Assembly (NCBI GenBank): GCA_951406725.2 | Contig: OX597819.1 | Coordinates: forward strand, 84,072,001 to 84,136,000 | From: Octopus vulgaris | Taxonomy: Eukaryota | Length of the DNA stretch: 64,000 nucleotides | Reading direction: 5' to 3' | Part shown: one piece after another, positions 12,581-24,053 of the stretch | Layout of the letters: each line of letters opens with the position of its first letter | Position numbering within the stretch: the first letter of the stretch is position 1 | The notes under the pieces: generated by a model | The model's input: only the letters and a program-made list of their open reading frames with translations | Database searches by the model: none | Told to the model about the DNA's origin: nothing | Program-made: the position numbers and the translations under genes

Positions 12581-14032
12581 AAGTTTCTTTGTTAGCCACA
12601 CAAGGCCGAACACAGAGGGGACAAAATACAATGTAGAGCTTTTCTATTCGAAAAAAAAATCCGATCAAAAGGGATCGTGTATCACAGAAAACATCATAGA
12701 TAAATAGATAGATAGATAGGTAAAAGTATTTAACAGCTTTGTTCAAGGGAAATAACTATTAACCGTAAATATTCTGAGTTACTTCCCTTGTACAGTTCAT
12801 CTTGTATGGAATACGTGAATAGAAATGCATTTTTCACCATTTGGAAGATTTCTGCAAACAAAGGAAGATTTCTGCAACTGATTTGTGTTAATGACTGAAA
12901 GGTGCAATTAGATTTGAAGAAATAGCTCATATTCCTAAACCCCATTGCAATAATGATGACACGCCCTATCCAACTCAAAATATCGCCAGATTTGACCGAA
13001 AAATTGTTGACCTGTTTTGGAAAGCAATATGGAGTGGGTATATATAGATATATCATGTATCTTTTATGTTTTACATTGTTTAGTCATTGAACTGAAGCCA
13101 TGCTGGGGCACTGCCTTGAAAGGTGGCACTTAATCTGCTGATCTCTTTTGCTGAATTGCTAGGTTACGGGAAAGTGAAAACATAAAGACACACACACACG
13201 CGCGCGCGCGCACACACACACACACACACGTAATAACACTGGTTGATAAACAGAGTTAGGGATCAAACACAAAGACGCACACACATAGATATATGCATAT
13301 GTAGACGCTCATTTTTTGGCTGCCTAACTTAGGAATAGAAACCGTAACTTAGATTTCACTGCAACATTTTCCCTTTGTTTAACACATATCAGATCAGAAC
13401 TCTTGAGGTCAGCTGTCATTTTTCTATCTCACTGCCTTAGTCTAAGTAGTTCTATAGGTCATCTGGAGTTGAAAACTAGATAAGAAATAGCGATTCTTGT
13501 GTCTCGGAGGAGACACAAGTGCGCCTGAGATTATAAAATAAAACCCTTTTCTTAACTTGAGAACAACAGTCAGTTTTTCTTCCCTCACTTCACTTTCGCA
13601 CAACTGCCAACCAGCAATCGAAGCTGTCACATTCGTCTATGTACAATTACCACAACCTTATTAACAACCTGTTAGTGACTATTATGGCAATACTTTGTCA
13701 GTCTTATTAACAACGGCGGGCAATTTAACAAGTAAATAATGTTCTTTATTCTTCGATTGTTCTTCGCTTGGTATCTCCGTCGTGATAACTTTACATCTAT
13801 TACTGTTACATCTACACGCTGCATATATATATATATATATATATAAGTAGTTGAGTGAATTATCCTAGTATGGATAATTCGGTTAACCGATACCCGGGTA
13901 GCAAATTTACGTCAGAAAACACGGTTGAAGCTACATGCCAAGGGCAGAAATCACGTGCTTTCGTATGGAAATTTGTGTGTTTTTTTTACTATGAATAGAT
14001 GAAAGAATGGAGTCGAACGACGATTTAACAAA

Positions 14033-14133
14033 ATTCCTTTATTCTCGACATATGTTTCGAAGACTGCATATTCTTAATTCCGAAGGAATAAAGGGTGCAT
14101 TATGCCGCCTTCTCATCAGGAAAGACAAGGAAC
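14033..14133 (-). ncRNA. Type I hammerhead ribozyme motif (inverted-arm copy)
   Basis: Reverse complement of 15447-15548, with the core CTGATGA at 14119-14113. Confidence 0.7.
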
Positions 14134-15446
14134 TTATGTCAGCATCATGACGAACAAAACCTTTAGATGACTGCCCACACGGAGTCCATAGTGATAATGA
14201 GTGTTTCTTTAAAATATTCCGTTATAAGCAGTGACGTCAAAATTGGTTGGATGGAGAATATTTTAAAAAGTTCAAGAGTTCAAAAATGGTTGGAAGAGGA
14301 AAGTTCTAAGAAAAGGAAGGTGACAGAGTGCAAGTCGTATGTATGGGGGTGCGTTGTTGTTTGCTTTTGCTAGTGAGATTGAGTGCCTATGTGTGAGTAT
14401 GTATATAACTGCATTCGTGTCTATGTGTGTGCGTGATTGTGTGTGTGGGGGGATAAATGCCAAATACATCTAGTGGTGAAGTGACAGGTTTGTGTCTGTG
14501 TGTTTGATTGTGCTTATGATAGAGAGAGGGAGAGAGGAGGAGAGGTAGAGAGGGGGAGAGGTAGAGAGACAAAGGTAAAACATATCCCAACGAAATTTGG
14601 TAGTAGGCCTTCATGTAACAGAGTATAAAAAAATTTGTCTATGGTGGTGTTGTAGAAGTGGAACCAAATTATTAAATTCAAGGAGGTTATCTATATTAAT
14701 CATCATTCATATGAGTGGAAGGTGTGTTTCTGCCATATTGTCTATATCCTTTCCTTTTGATAAGGGCAGAAAACATTGTGGCGTCTGTAATTCCGATCTT
14801 TTCCATATACTTTTCGCCAAATTCCCTTTGGTAAACACAATGGTAGAAAAATCCTATAGGTGCATGCACTAGCAGAAACACACCTTCCACTCATATGAAT
14901 GATGATTAATATAGATAACCTCCTTGAATTTAATAATTTGGTTCCACTTCTACAACACCACCATAGACAATTTTTTTAATACTCTGTTACATGAAGGCCT
15001 ACTACCAAATTTCGTTGGAATATGTTTTACCTTTGTCTCTCTACCTCTCCCTCTCTCTATCATAAGCACAATCAAACACACAGACACAAACCTGTCACTT
15101 CACCACTAGATGTATTTGGCATTTATCCCCCCCCCCACACAATCACGCACACACATAGGCACGAATGCAGTTATATACATACTCACACATAGGCACTCAA
15201 TCTCACTAGCAAAAGCAAACAACAACGCACCCCCATACATACGACTTGCACTATGTCACCTTCCTTTTCTTAGAACTTTCCCCTTCCAACCATTTTTGAA
15301 CTCTTGAACTTTTTAATATATTCTCCATCTAACCAATTTTGACGTCACTGCTTATAACGGAATATTTTAAAGAAACACTCATTATCACTATGGACTCCGT
15401 GTGGGCAGTCATCTAAAAGTTTTTGTTCGTCATGATGCTGACATAA

Positions 15447-15548
15447 GTTCCTTGTCTTTCCTGATGAGAAGGCGGCATAATGCACCCTTTATTCCTTCGG
15501 CATTAAGAATATGCAGTCTTCGAAACATATGTCGAGAATAAAGGAATT
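15447..15548 (+). ncRNA. Type I hammerhead ribozyme motif with extended stem II
   Basis: CTGATGA at 15461-15467. Stem II is GAAGGCGGCATA/TATGCAGTCTTC and GAAA is at 15522-15525. Palindromic stem III ACATATGT. GTC cleavage triplet ends at 15533. Interrupted stem I ttccttgtctttc/gagaataaaggaa. Confidence 0.75.
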
Positions 15549-15583
15549 TTGTTAAATCGTCGTTCGACTCCATTCTTTCATTT

Positions 15584-15665
<82 letters not shown>

Positions 15666-17103
15666 GATGCGTGCCTATTCAGTTTACATCTAGCAAATCC
15701 ATTCACAAGGCTTTGGTCGGCCCGAGGCTGTTGTAGAAGATTGTTTCCCCAAGGTGCCACGCAATGGAACTGAACCCGGAATCATGCAGATATATATAAG
15801 ATATAATTCGGATGAGGTACGACAACGGCAGTTTCCAGTGTTTCCAGTAGAGATAGTGGGTCTAGTTTTTTTTTTCATTCGCAAAATACCCATCTTTTAA
15901 AAAAGACAGTAAAAAATCTGAAAATCAGCTATGATAATGAAGTTTTCCAGTCTAATTACTATGAAGGTATAATATTGTGGAGAAAAAAGTTACAGAGGTT
16001 TAAATACCGAAAAATTGTGTAGTTTTAGCTAATAGCGAGACAGAAATTTTCTGCGTTTAGCAGAGCAGTGTCAACTTTAAGGTCGTACTCTGTGAAATGC
16101 CATCTTCATTGTAGGTTTCTAAATAAACAGAAATACCTAATAAAATCAACATGTATCATCTTACTGGTTTCTTTTGTCTCTTCATTGATTGAATGTTTAT
16201 ATTATTTTTTTTTCAATTTGTTATATTAATATATTTGTCTGCATGTGTTTACTCTATACGTATTTCAGTATTATATATACCTGTCATGTATTTGTGTACA
16301 TCATTAATATATAAGTGCACGTGTGTGTGTGTGTGTATGAAAAGGGGGCGTTTGTCTCCAAAACTTCAAAGTTGAGTAACGTTTTCATGTTTGGATTTGT
16401 AAACTACGATAAGAATAATACTGGTCAACAAAGAATTTTTCTCAAGAAAAAGAATACCTGTATCTTGTATGTTTTTGCACGCAGAATTCAAAAATAGTGT
16501 CGAATTATCTGTTCACATATTCCATTCACCTACATAATCCCAAGAAGCTGTATAAACATCGCAAACAACTTTTGCTATATATGAAAAATATGTAAAATAT
16601 TAAGACACTTGACGAAAAATATCTATAATAAAATTCTAATTGATAAATATAAATTTTAATTAAAACAAAACACGTGGGTGAAGTAAATATTGTGGTGGGA
16701 AGAATCAACACATGCGGGTGAAACACAACACAACGTGCGGTTGTCATAGTAATAAGCTGCTAATATCATGCTGTCTGTTGATTGGCTAAGATTACCCAAA
16801 TTTCCCAACTTTAATTCCAAATACATCAGATTCTTTAATTTTCTTGATAAAGTGATTGGTTGATCGTAATCAAAATTCAGAGTTGCACTGATACACCAAA
16901 ACTGAAAGCAATCTGAGCAAAATTAAAGGGGGCTCATTTTGTGAATGAGAAAGTCTAGATCCGAGATAGTATGTGATAGGTTTGTGGTTTGATCTAACAT
17001 AACGTATGAAGAAGTTCGTTAAAACTTAAAATTATATCAAAAAATTATTGTAAAACCTAGCATCGTACGATAAAAAATAGTCAAAGAAGGAGCCTCTTAA
17101 ATC

Positions 17104-17372
17104 GGCAGTTCTCAACCATTTTTTGTCTTTGGACCACTTTGATTTCTATTTTATTCAGTGAGTAGGACACTCATAGAAATTCGATGACGAAAAGTTCCTA
17201 TTTGATTTTTATGATTAAATATTACTAGGAATTGTATGTATATATATATATATAAACATACTTAAATTTTTTGTGTATTATAGAAATATAACCAGTTTAT
17301 TGTACATAAATTTTTACAGCAAAATCTTATATGAACCCCCAAGGGTTACATAGACCCCGGTTGAGAACCATT
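17104..17372. mobile_element. hAT-like MITE
   Basis: Terminal inverted motifs gttctcaacc...ggttgagaac. A related partial copy lies at ~59535-59680. Confidence 0.5.
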
Positions 17373-18033
17373 ACTCTACAGGCTCACTTGATTTACAAGA
17401 GTTAAGTCAAATCTACTTTAAACCACACTCCGTTATGCTGACAAGTGACTTCATTGTTATAACATTATGTGATGTTTGAAAAGTTCGTGATGGCTGGAAT
17501 ATGTTTAGTCAAAGCAACATTAAGTGTTAAACAGCCATAAAATATGGCGCAAGCGTGGCTGTGTACTTCAGAAGCTTGCTTCTCAACCGCGTGGTCTTAG
17601 GTTCAGTCCCACTGTGTGTCACCTTCAGCAAATGCGTTCTCTCCACCCCTCTCTGTATATATACGTGCATAAACAATGTATGCATGTATGTATGTCTTTG
17701 TCCTCACCACTGCTTGATAACCGGTTTGGTTTGTTTACGTCCCCGTAACTGAGCCGTTTGGCAAAAGAGAACGAGAGAATAGGTTCTAAGGCTTACAAAA
17801 AGTTCTGGTATTGACACGTTCAATAAACCCTTTGCAACGATAAGGATTTTATTTTGGTGTAGTTACCAATTGTAACGGGTAAGATTGATTTGAAAACAAT
17901 ATTATGATGATGTCGTAGTCAGCTGTTGTCGTGGATAAAAAGTTGTTGTTATAATGGCATGTTGTAGGATGTGAAAGATGAACAATGCATGAAGTTTTAA
18001 GAAAGTATTTATTTACCATTACGTTACAAATAC

Positions 18034-18338
18034 CTTGTCTCGACGGGCAGGTTATGATAAATCTAAAAGCATGCGAAGTAAAGTTTGATGCGGTAGAATG
18101 TTTCTTTGCATAGTTTGGCGTACACAAATTGTTTGTAGTAATCCACAGATAGCGATAGAATGATGTTGTAAGAAAACAGAATTAAAGCTTGTGAGAGTTG
18201 TAGGGTGTAGGACGTTGTCTCACAGTTGCTGACAGTAAACTTCATTTCTCACGCTGACCAATGTTCTAGCTTGTCAGCCAGACTTCGTCGTCACCAATGT
18301 GGCTACTTGGTTGAGTCGTCACTGACTGGTGACTAACT
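18034..18338 (-). other. Candidate first (5'UTR) exon of an unidentified minus-strand gene
   Basis: Starts at an Inr downstream of a TATA box, is non-repetitive, and ends AAG|gtattt. Contains only short ORFs that terminate inside the exon. Confidence 0.45.
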
Positions 18339-18370
18339 GATTTTTGCTTGGGGTGTGCTTGCTTATATAA
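18335..18370 (-). promoter_or_regulatory. Pol II core promoter: TATA box + Inr
   Basis: TATATAAG at 18369-18362 and TCAGTT at 18340-18335. The first T of the TATA box is 31 nt upstream of the Inr A. Confidence 0.55.
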
Positions 18371-18779
18371 AGATCCAGAAGGATAGCTATATCATTGAGA
18401 ACAATAGATTTAGTTGGTGGTCTTGTTATCTCTATTCTAGCTTTTGGTGAAGTAGAAGAGGTTAGAAAGGGTCAAGTGGTGAAGACATTATTTCGGCCTA
18501 GCTAAAGGCATCTGGAAAATGTAAAATTGCTGTCAGAGAAAAAAACCATTGTTCCATCGTGGGAAAAGTTCTGTTGCAGTGTTAATTTAAATTTGGCTGT
18601 GGTGGATAGAATCCACTTCATGATTGCAAAATCCACTACACCTTCAAAGCGGTGCCCCAGCATGGCCTCTGTAAAAGATACTTGCATAAGTGTGTCCCCT
18701 CCTCACCCAATCGGACCTTGTTTTCTCATAACTTTAAAAGAAAAAATGGGTATTTTTAAATATTTTCAGCAAATACCTT

Positions 18780-18920
18780 GGATCTGTTCAATTTGGCTCA
18801 CAGATTTTTTGATTAATTTTTTAAAACCAAACAGTTCTGGGTGAGAAATTCCACCAGTATACAAAGTTTTAAACTGTTTAGTTATAAAAAAAAAGTCTGT
18901 GCGCCAAACTGAACAAATCC
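18780..18920. mobile_element. Miniature GGATC-family inverted-repeat element
   Basis: ggatctgttcaatttggctcacagattttt ... aaaagtctgtgcgccaaactgaacaaatcc. The internal ccagtatacaaagttt is shared with 7787-8469. Confidence 0.65.
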
Positions 18921-19120
18921 AAAGCCTTTCATATGGTGTATATTAGGATTATGTCAGAATTTAATGCGAAAAAGAGAGAAGTAAAAAATTGGTGTGCGTG
19001 CACACATACACACTGACGTCATCATAAAATTTTTACAAAATCTCGAGTGTTATTTTGTATGTATAAAATGTATGTTGGGATAGGTGACAGCCTAAAATAT
19101 GACTATTTTCAATTTACATG

Positions 19121-19165
<45 letters not shown>

Positions 19166-19185
19166 TTATATATATATATATATAT

Positions 19186-19412
19186 TTTTTACTACCCACA
19201 AGGGGCTAAACACAGAGGGGACAAACAAGGACAGACAAACGGATTAAGTCGATTATATCGACCCCAGTGCGTAACTGGTACTTAATTTAGCGACCCCGAA
19301 ATGATGAAAGACAAAGTCGACCACGGCGGAATTCGAACTCGGAACGTAACTGCAGACGAAATACGGCTACGCATTTCGCCCGGCGTGCTAACGTTTCTGC
19401 CAGCTCGCCGCC
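19186..19412 (-). mobile_element. tRNA-derived SINE, family C (central domain resembles the Meta/MESC-type conserved domain)
   Basis: Head aggcggcgagctggcagaaacgttagc, B box gttcgaattcc, core gtcgactttg.ctttcatc.tttcggggtcg..aaattaagtaccag. Copies at ~19988, 25843, 30508, 45580, 45808, 50934, 55670, 56855, 57097 and 60102. Confidence 0.8.
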
Positions 19413-19433
19413 TTAATAATAATAATATATATA

Positions 19434-19880
19434 GGCGCGAGCGTGGTTGTGTGGTAAGGAGTTTGCTTCGCAACCACATACTTTCCAGGTTTAGTCCTAC
19501 TGCGTGGAACCTTGGGCAAGTGTCTTCTACTATAGCTTCAGGCCAGCCAAAGCCTTGTGGGTGGATTTGGTAGATGGAAACTGAAAGAAGCCAGTCGGGT
19601 ATATATTTGTATGCCTGTGTTTGTCCCCTCACCATCGCTTGACAACTGTAACTTAGCGGTTCCACTAAAGATACCGACAGAATAAGTACTAGGTGTTTTT
19701 TTTTATTTCTGAAAGTTATGAGAAAACAAGATATGACATAATCGTAATGTACACCATATTGAGGCCATGCTTTGAAGGGTTTATCGAACGAGTCAACTCC
19801 GGTCCTGGGGTCGATTTGTTCGACTAAAGGCGGTGCTCCAGCATGGCCACAGTCAAATGACTGAAACAAGCGAAAGAATA
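19434..19880 (+). mobile_element. SINE family A, interrupted
   Basis: Head ggcgcgagcgtggttgtgtggtaaggagtttgcttc and tail gactgaaacaag. Confidence 0.75.
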
Positions 19881-20268
19881 AAATAATATATAAGAAGTGG
19901 GGTCGATGCGTTCAACTAAGCTCTTCAAGGCTGCAGCATGGCCGCAGTCCAATGACTGAAGTAAAATAAAGATAAAAGTTAAATCGGTGTACGTTCTGAG
20001 TTCAAATTCCGCCGAAGTCGACTTTGCCTTTTATTCTTTCGGGGTCGATAAATTAAGTACCAGTTGCGTACTGGAGTCGATCTAATTGATTGGCACCCCC
20101 CACACCCCGCAAAAAATAAATTTCGGGCCTTGTGCATAAAATAGAAAAGATTATTCACGGTTTTCAGAGAAAACAATAAAGTAAAATCACTTCAATGCGG
20201 AAGGGTAAAGGGAAATAACTCGTGAAACTGTTCGAAAGCTGCATTAGCGACATCAGATAAAAACTCAC

Positions 20269-20605
20269 CATAATGCGACGAGATGACTGACAGCAGCGGA
20301 TATTGATGGACGGGAGGGGGGGAAAGGGTTTTTGACTTTTTCACTCTTACCAATAATGGGGGGTTGTTGTTTTGGTGGCATTTTCATATCCAGTCCACCC
20401 GTTCGCCTTTGTTGTTATTACTTTATCTGTCTTCTTACGTTATCAACAACAAAATTACTTTCTCTCCTCCCTCCCTCCCTCCCTCCTCTTGAGTTACCCG
20501 TGTTTCACAGTTAGTTTTACTTTCTATATAGCAATTCGTGAACAATAGCGTCGTCGCTAGTTACAAGCTTTTTCGCGAAACGGATCACCAAATCAAGCAA
20601 AGAGT
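20269..20605 (-). other. Candidate first exon ending in the start codon (ATG|gtgagt) of an unidentified minus-strand gene
   Basis: Unique CpG-containing sequence. gcattATG|gtgagt at 20271-20263 is a consensus donor with A at -3. TATATAG lies near 20630. The TSS position is a guess. Confidence 0.45.
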
Positions 20606-20752
20606 GACAAGAAAAATGTCAGTCTATATAAAACACGATGGCCAAATATTTGCAAGGAACTTCGTTCGTAAGGCACCGCTTTTTTCTCGGCCATATTTCT
20701 TTTTAAATGCAATGTCTACTATAAACGCACGCACGCACACAAACACACACTC

Positions 20753-20786
<34 letters not shown>

Positions 20787-21247
20787 GTGTTTTCCTAGTT
20801 TAGCGTCTGAAATTAATTTTTATTTTTTAATAGAAAATAGTGCGTCAGATTAATCTTTCTTCAAATGCGTTTCCACCGTCACCATCCTACCTGTTTTACT
20901 GCATTCCAATTGTGACCACCCAGTCTTTTTTAAAGCGTTTCAAACGTGACCACCTCGTCTTTTTTTAAAGCCCAAATCTCCTTTACGTCACACCCTTACT
21001 ATCTTTTATTTTATCTAATTTTTGTTTAAAGTATTTAAAGGATACATTTAATAATGTAATCCGGGATATGTTATGTCAAAATTAAAAATAAGGATGAAAT
21101 CATCATGAACGGAATGATTTTGATTATCGGCTTGCTGGATTGGGAGTTGACTCGGGGTTAGACAACAACAGTTAACGTCAGATTCGTGTGTGAGTATGTG
21201 TATGAGTGTGTGTATGTGTGTGTGCGTGTGAATGTGTGTGTGTGTGC

Positions 21248-21297
<50 letters not shown>

Positions 21298-21383
21298 AGG
21301 AGAGAGAGAGGAAAGAGAGAGAGAGAGAAACTATGTATACGCGCGCATGAGTGCAGGCATAGCTGTATGGTGAAAAAGCTCGC

Positions 21384-21801
21384 GGATCTTTTCGGTTTGA
21401 ACAGCAGTTTTTTCTAGCGGTGTCATATGAAATTGTCAACCATAATTATGACCCTAGTATCGATCTATTGCATTTCAATCTGTTTTAGGGTTAGGGTTAG
21501 GGGTGGGTGGAAAGGTATCTTTTTTTCTTCAGAAATGTAAATAAACCCAATCTTTTTCTTAAACGAGGGACATATTCATACGGCACGGAATGTTTTCACC
21601 TCAATAGATGTCATTGATTGGTTGAAATTGCGGAAATTGAAGAAAAAACAACAACAAATATCTTACAAACCATAGAATTTTCTCAATAAAGCCAAGAGAA
21701 AAAGATGTTTTATAAACACAATCTACCAGTATACGAAGTTTAAAAGTGTTTAGTTACGTGGAAATTATTTTTAAAAACTGCCGTTCAAACCGAAAAGATC
21801 C
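21384..21801. mobile_element. GGATC-terminated inverted-repeat element with a 43-bp flanking direct duplication
   Basis: TIR ggatcttttcggtttgaac(a/g)gcagtttt at both ends. Flanks 21341-21383 and 21802-21844 match at 41/43 positions. Internal (TTAGGG)3 near 21485-21502. Confidence 0.85.
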
Positions 21802-22570
21802 GCGCGCTTGTGTGCAGGCATAGCTGTATGGTGAAAAAGCTCGCTTTGCTATTACATAATTTCAGGTTGTGTCCCGCTGCGCGGCACGTTGCGCGGCACC
21901 TTGCGCGGCACCTTGCGCAAGTGTTTTTTACACTTGCCTCCGGCTGACCAATACCCTTGCAATTGAATTTGATAAATGAAAACTATGTAGAAGCACCCCA
22001 CTCTCTCGCCTTCTGTCTCTCTCTCTCCCTTTCACTCCTTTCCCCTTCTCGCATCTCTCTCTCTATATATATATATATGTGAGTGTGTGTGTATATATAT
22101 ATATGTATGCGTATGTCTGTCCTTGTGTTAGTTTTGTGTTTGTCTCCCAGCACTGCTTAACAATCGATATTGGTTTGTTTATATCCCTGTCTCTAAGTGG
22201 TTCGGCAAAAGAGACCAACAGAATGGTTGGTACTAATTCTATCGGTTTCTTTTGCAAAACCGCTAGATCTTGGGGATGTAAACAAACCGACACCAGTCGT
22301 GAAGCGATGGTGGGAGCCAAACACAAATGCAAGGACTTTATGTCTTTGTTTATCCTCCACTGCCGCTTGATAACCGGTGTTGCTGTGTTTACATCCCCGT
22401 AACTTAGTGGTTCGGCAACATTTCGATAAAATAACAGGCTTAACAAAAGAAAAAATATATAAGTACTAGGCTTAATTCCTTCGACTAAAAATTCTTCAAG
22501 GCGGTGCCCCAGCATGGCTGCAGTCTAATGACAGAAACAAGTAAATACACACACACACATACACATATAG

Positions 22571-22601
<31 letters not shown>

Positions 22602-22692
22602 TGTATGCATGTATGTATGCATGTATGTATGCATGTATGTATGTATGTATGTATGTATGTATGTATGTATGTATGTATGTATGTATGTATGT

Positions 22693-23250
22693 CAGGTCAC
22701 TTTCGAGTGCTACTGGTAACATGTAACCCAGTACAACCTGTTGCCTGATCGGGTCGTCAGCGACTAAACCGGCAACCCCACCAAGCTTGCTTGGTGAGGA
22801 GGGTGTTTATTGGACACCCTGCGGGATGAAAAACAAAACCCGTCAAAGGGCGGAGGAACTCTTGAGAGTCAACGGCCATCCAATAAATGTCTTAAGGCTG
22901 TATCATGCGCGGGGACATAGAAATAATCGGACTGAATACCTGATCACGCTGTTAAACCATTGGGAGTGAAGGACTCCTAGCCTTTGTTAGGGCATCTTTC
23001 TAGGAGAAGGTAACTCAGGTAACTGGGATAACTCCGACATAAAACCTGCGGCTCAGTGGTTACCGATGATGTTGACTTGTTCTTTTCGGATTATGGCTGC
23101 TGTTGCTTAGTGAGTGGAATTGACTCAGTGCACAGCAGCCTTTCTTCACTTAAAAAAAAATCTTCTTGCACAGGCATTGCACGATAGCAACATTGATTAA
23201 GCTTCGTGCAATGGCCATACTCGATAGCGAGGGGGCAGCCATCATGTATG
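22693..23250 (+). mobile_element. Non-autonomous retroposon with an RTE-5'UTR-like body and (TATG)n tail
   Basis: Contains gggcatctttctaggagaaggtaactc, which resembles an RTE 5'UTR motif. Preceded by (TATG)n. A second, 5'-truncated copy lies at 26479-26878. Confidence 0.6.
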
Positions 23251-23301
23251 AGATACTCGAAGTATTGAAAGATTTCACCAAGTGTTTAAGGCATATATAA
23301 A

Positions 23302-23640
23302 GTGTCAGTTGGAAGGGTCACTGCTTCTGTAGCCGAACGGAACAAAACCATGAAGTATTGGGATCTGACAGTGAACTATCTTTTCCAACCTGTGGTGGTT
23401 GAGACATTTGGAGGGACTGGGTCACTAACGACGACATTCTCGTCAACATTGGCAATTCGCCTCACCGAGGTATCAGGCTTTCCAAATGCCTTTGCCTCGC
23501 CATCGCCCATGGTAATGCTGCGAGCGTGCTGGCTTGCTCCAGCAGGTTCCGTTGGACCTTGTGGTGTGCGACCAATTTTCCTTTTTCCTCGCTTTTTCCC
23601 CTTTTTTTGTCTTTCTTTTGCAACAACTTATATTATGGAA
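23302..23640 (+). mobile_element. 3' fragment of a CRE-clade non-LTR retrotransposon (restriction-like endonuclease)
   Basis: AERNKTMKYWDLTVNYLFQPVVVETFGGTG...LAIRLTEVSG, then frameshifted LAIAHGNAASVLAC, matches the CRE C-terminal pattern AE..K..KY...F.P...ET.G...GNA. Confidence 0.75.
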
Positions 23641-23654
23641 GAATCATGACTATA

Positions 23655-24053
23655 ACTCTTTTACTCTATTACTTGTTTCAGTCATGTGACTGTGGCCATA
23701 CTGGAGCACTGCCTTTAGTCGAGAAAATCGACTCCAGCACTTATTCTTTGCGAGCCTGGTACTTATTCTATCGTTCTTTTTTGTCGAACCGCTAAGTTAC
23801 GGGGACGTAAACACACCCCCATCGGTTGTCAAGCGATGTTGGGGGGACAAACACAGACACACAAACACACACACATATATATACATATATACAACAAGCT
23901 TCTTTCAGTTTCCGTCTACCAAATCCACTCACAAGGCTTTGGCCGGCCCGAGAGTGTAGTAGAAGACACTTGCCTAAGGTGCCACGCAGTGGGACTGAAG
24001 CCAGAACCATGTGGTTGGTAAGCAAGCTACTTACCACACAGCCACTCCTGTGC
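23655..24053 (-). mobile_element. SINE family A, full length
   Basis: Runs from head aggcacaggagtggctgtgtggtaagtagcttgc to tail gactgaaacaagt. Confidence 0.85.

Larger units (their letters stand above)
13990..15590 (+). mobile_element. 5'-truncated Penelope-like retroelement: inverted pseudo-LTR, ORF tail, pseudo-LTR
   Basis: Inverted arms of ~720-740 bp (13990-14733 and 14872-15590). The spacer encodes ILSISFPFDKGRKHCGVCNSDLFHILFAKFPLVNTMVEKSYRCMH, matching the CxxC...LN...E...CxH tail of PLE GIY-YIG proteins. Each arm carries a hammerhead motif. Confidence 0.8.
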
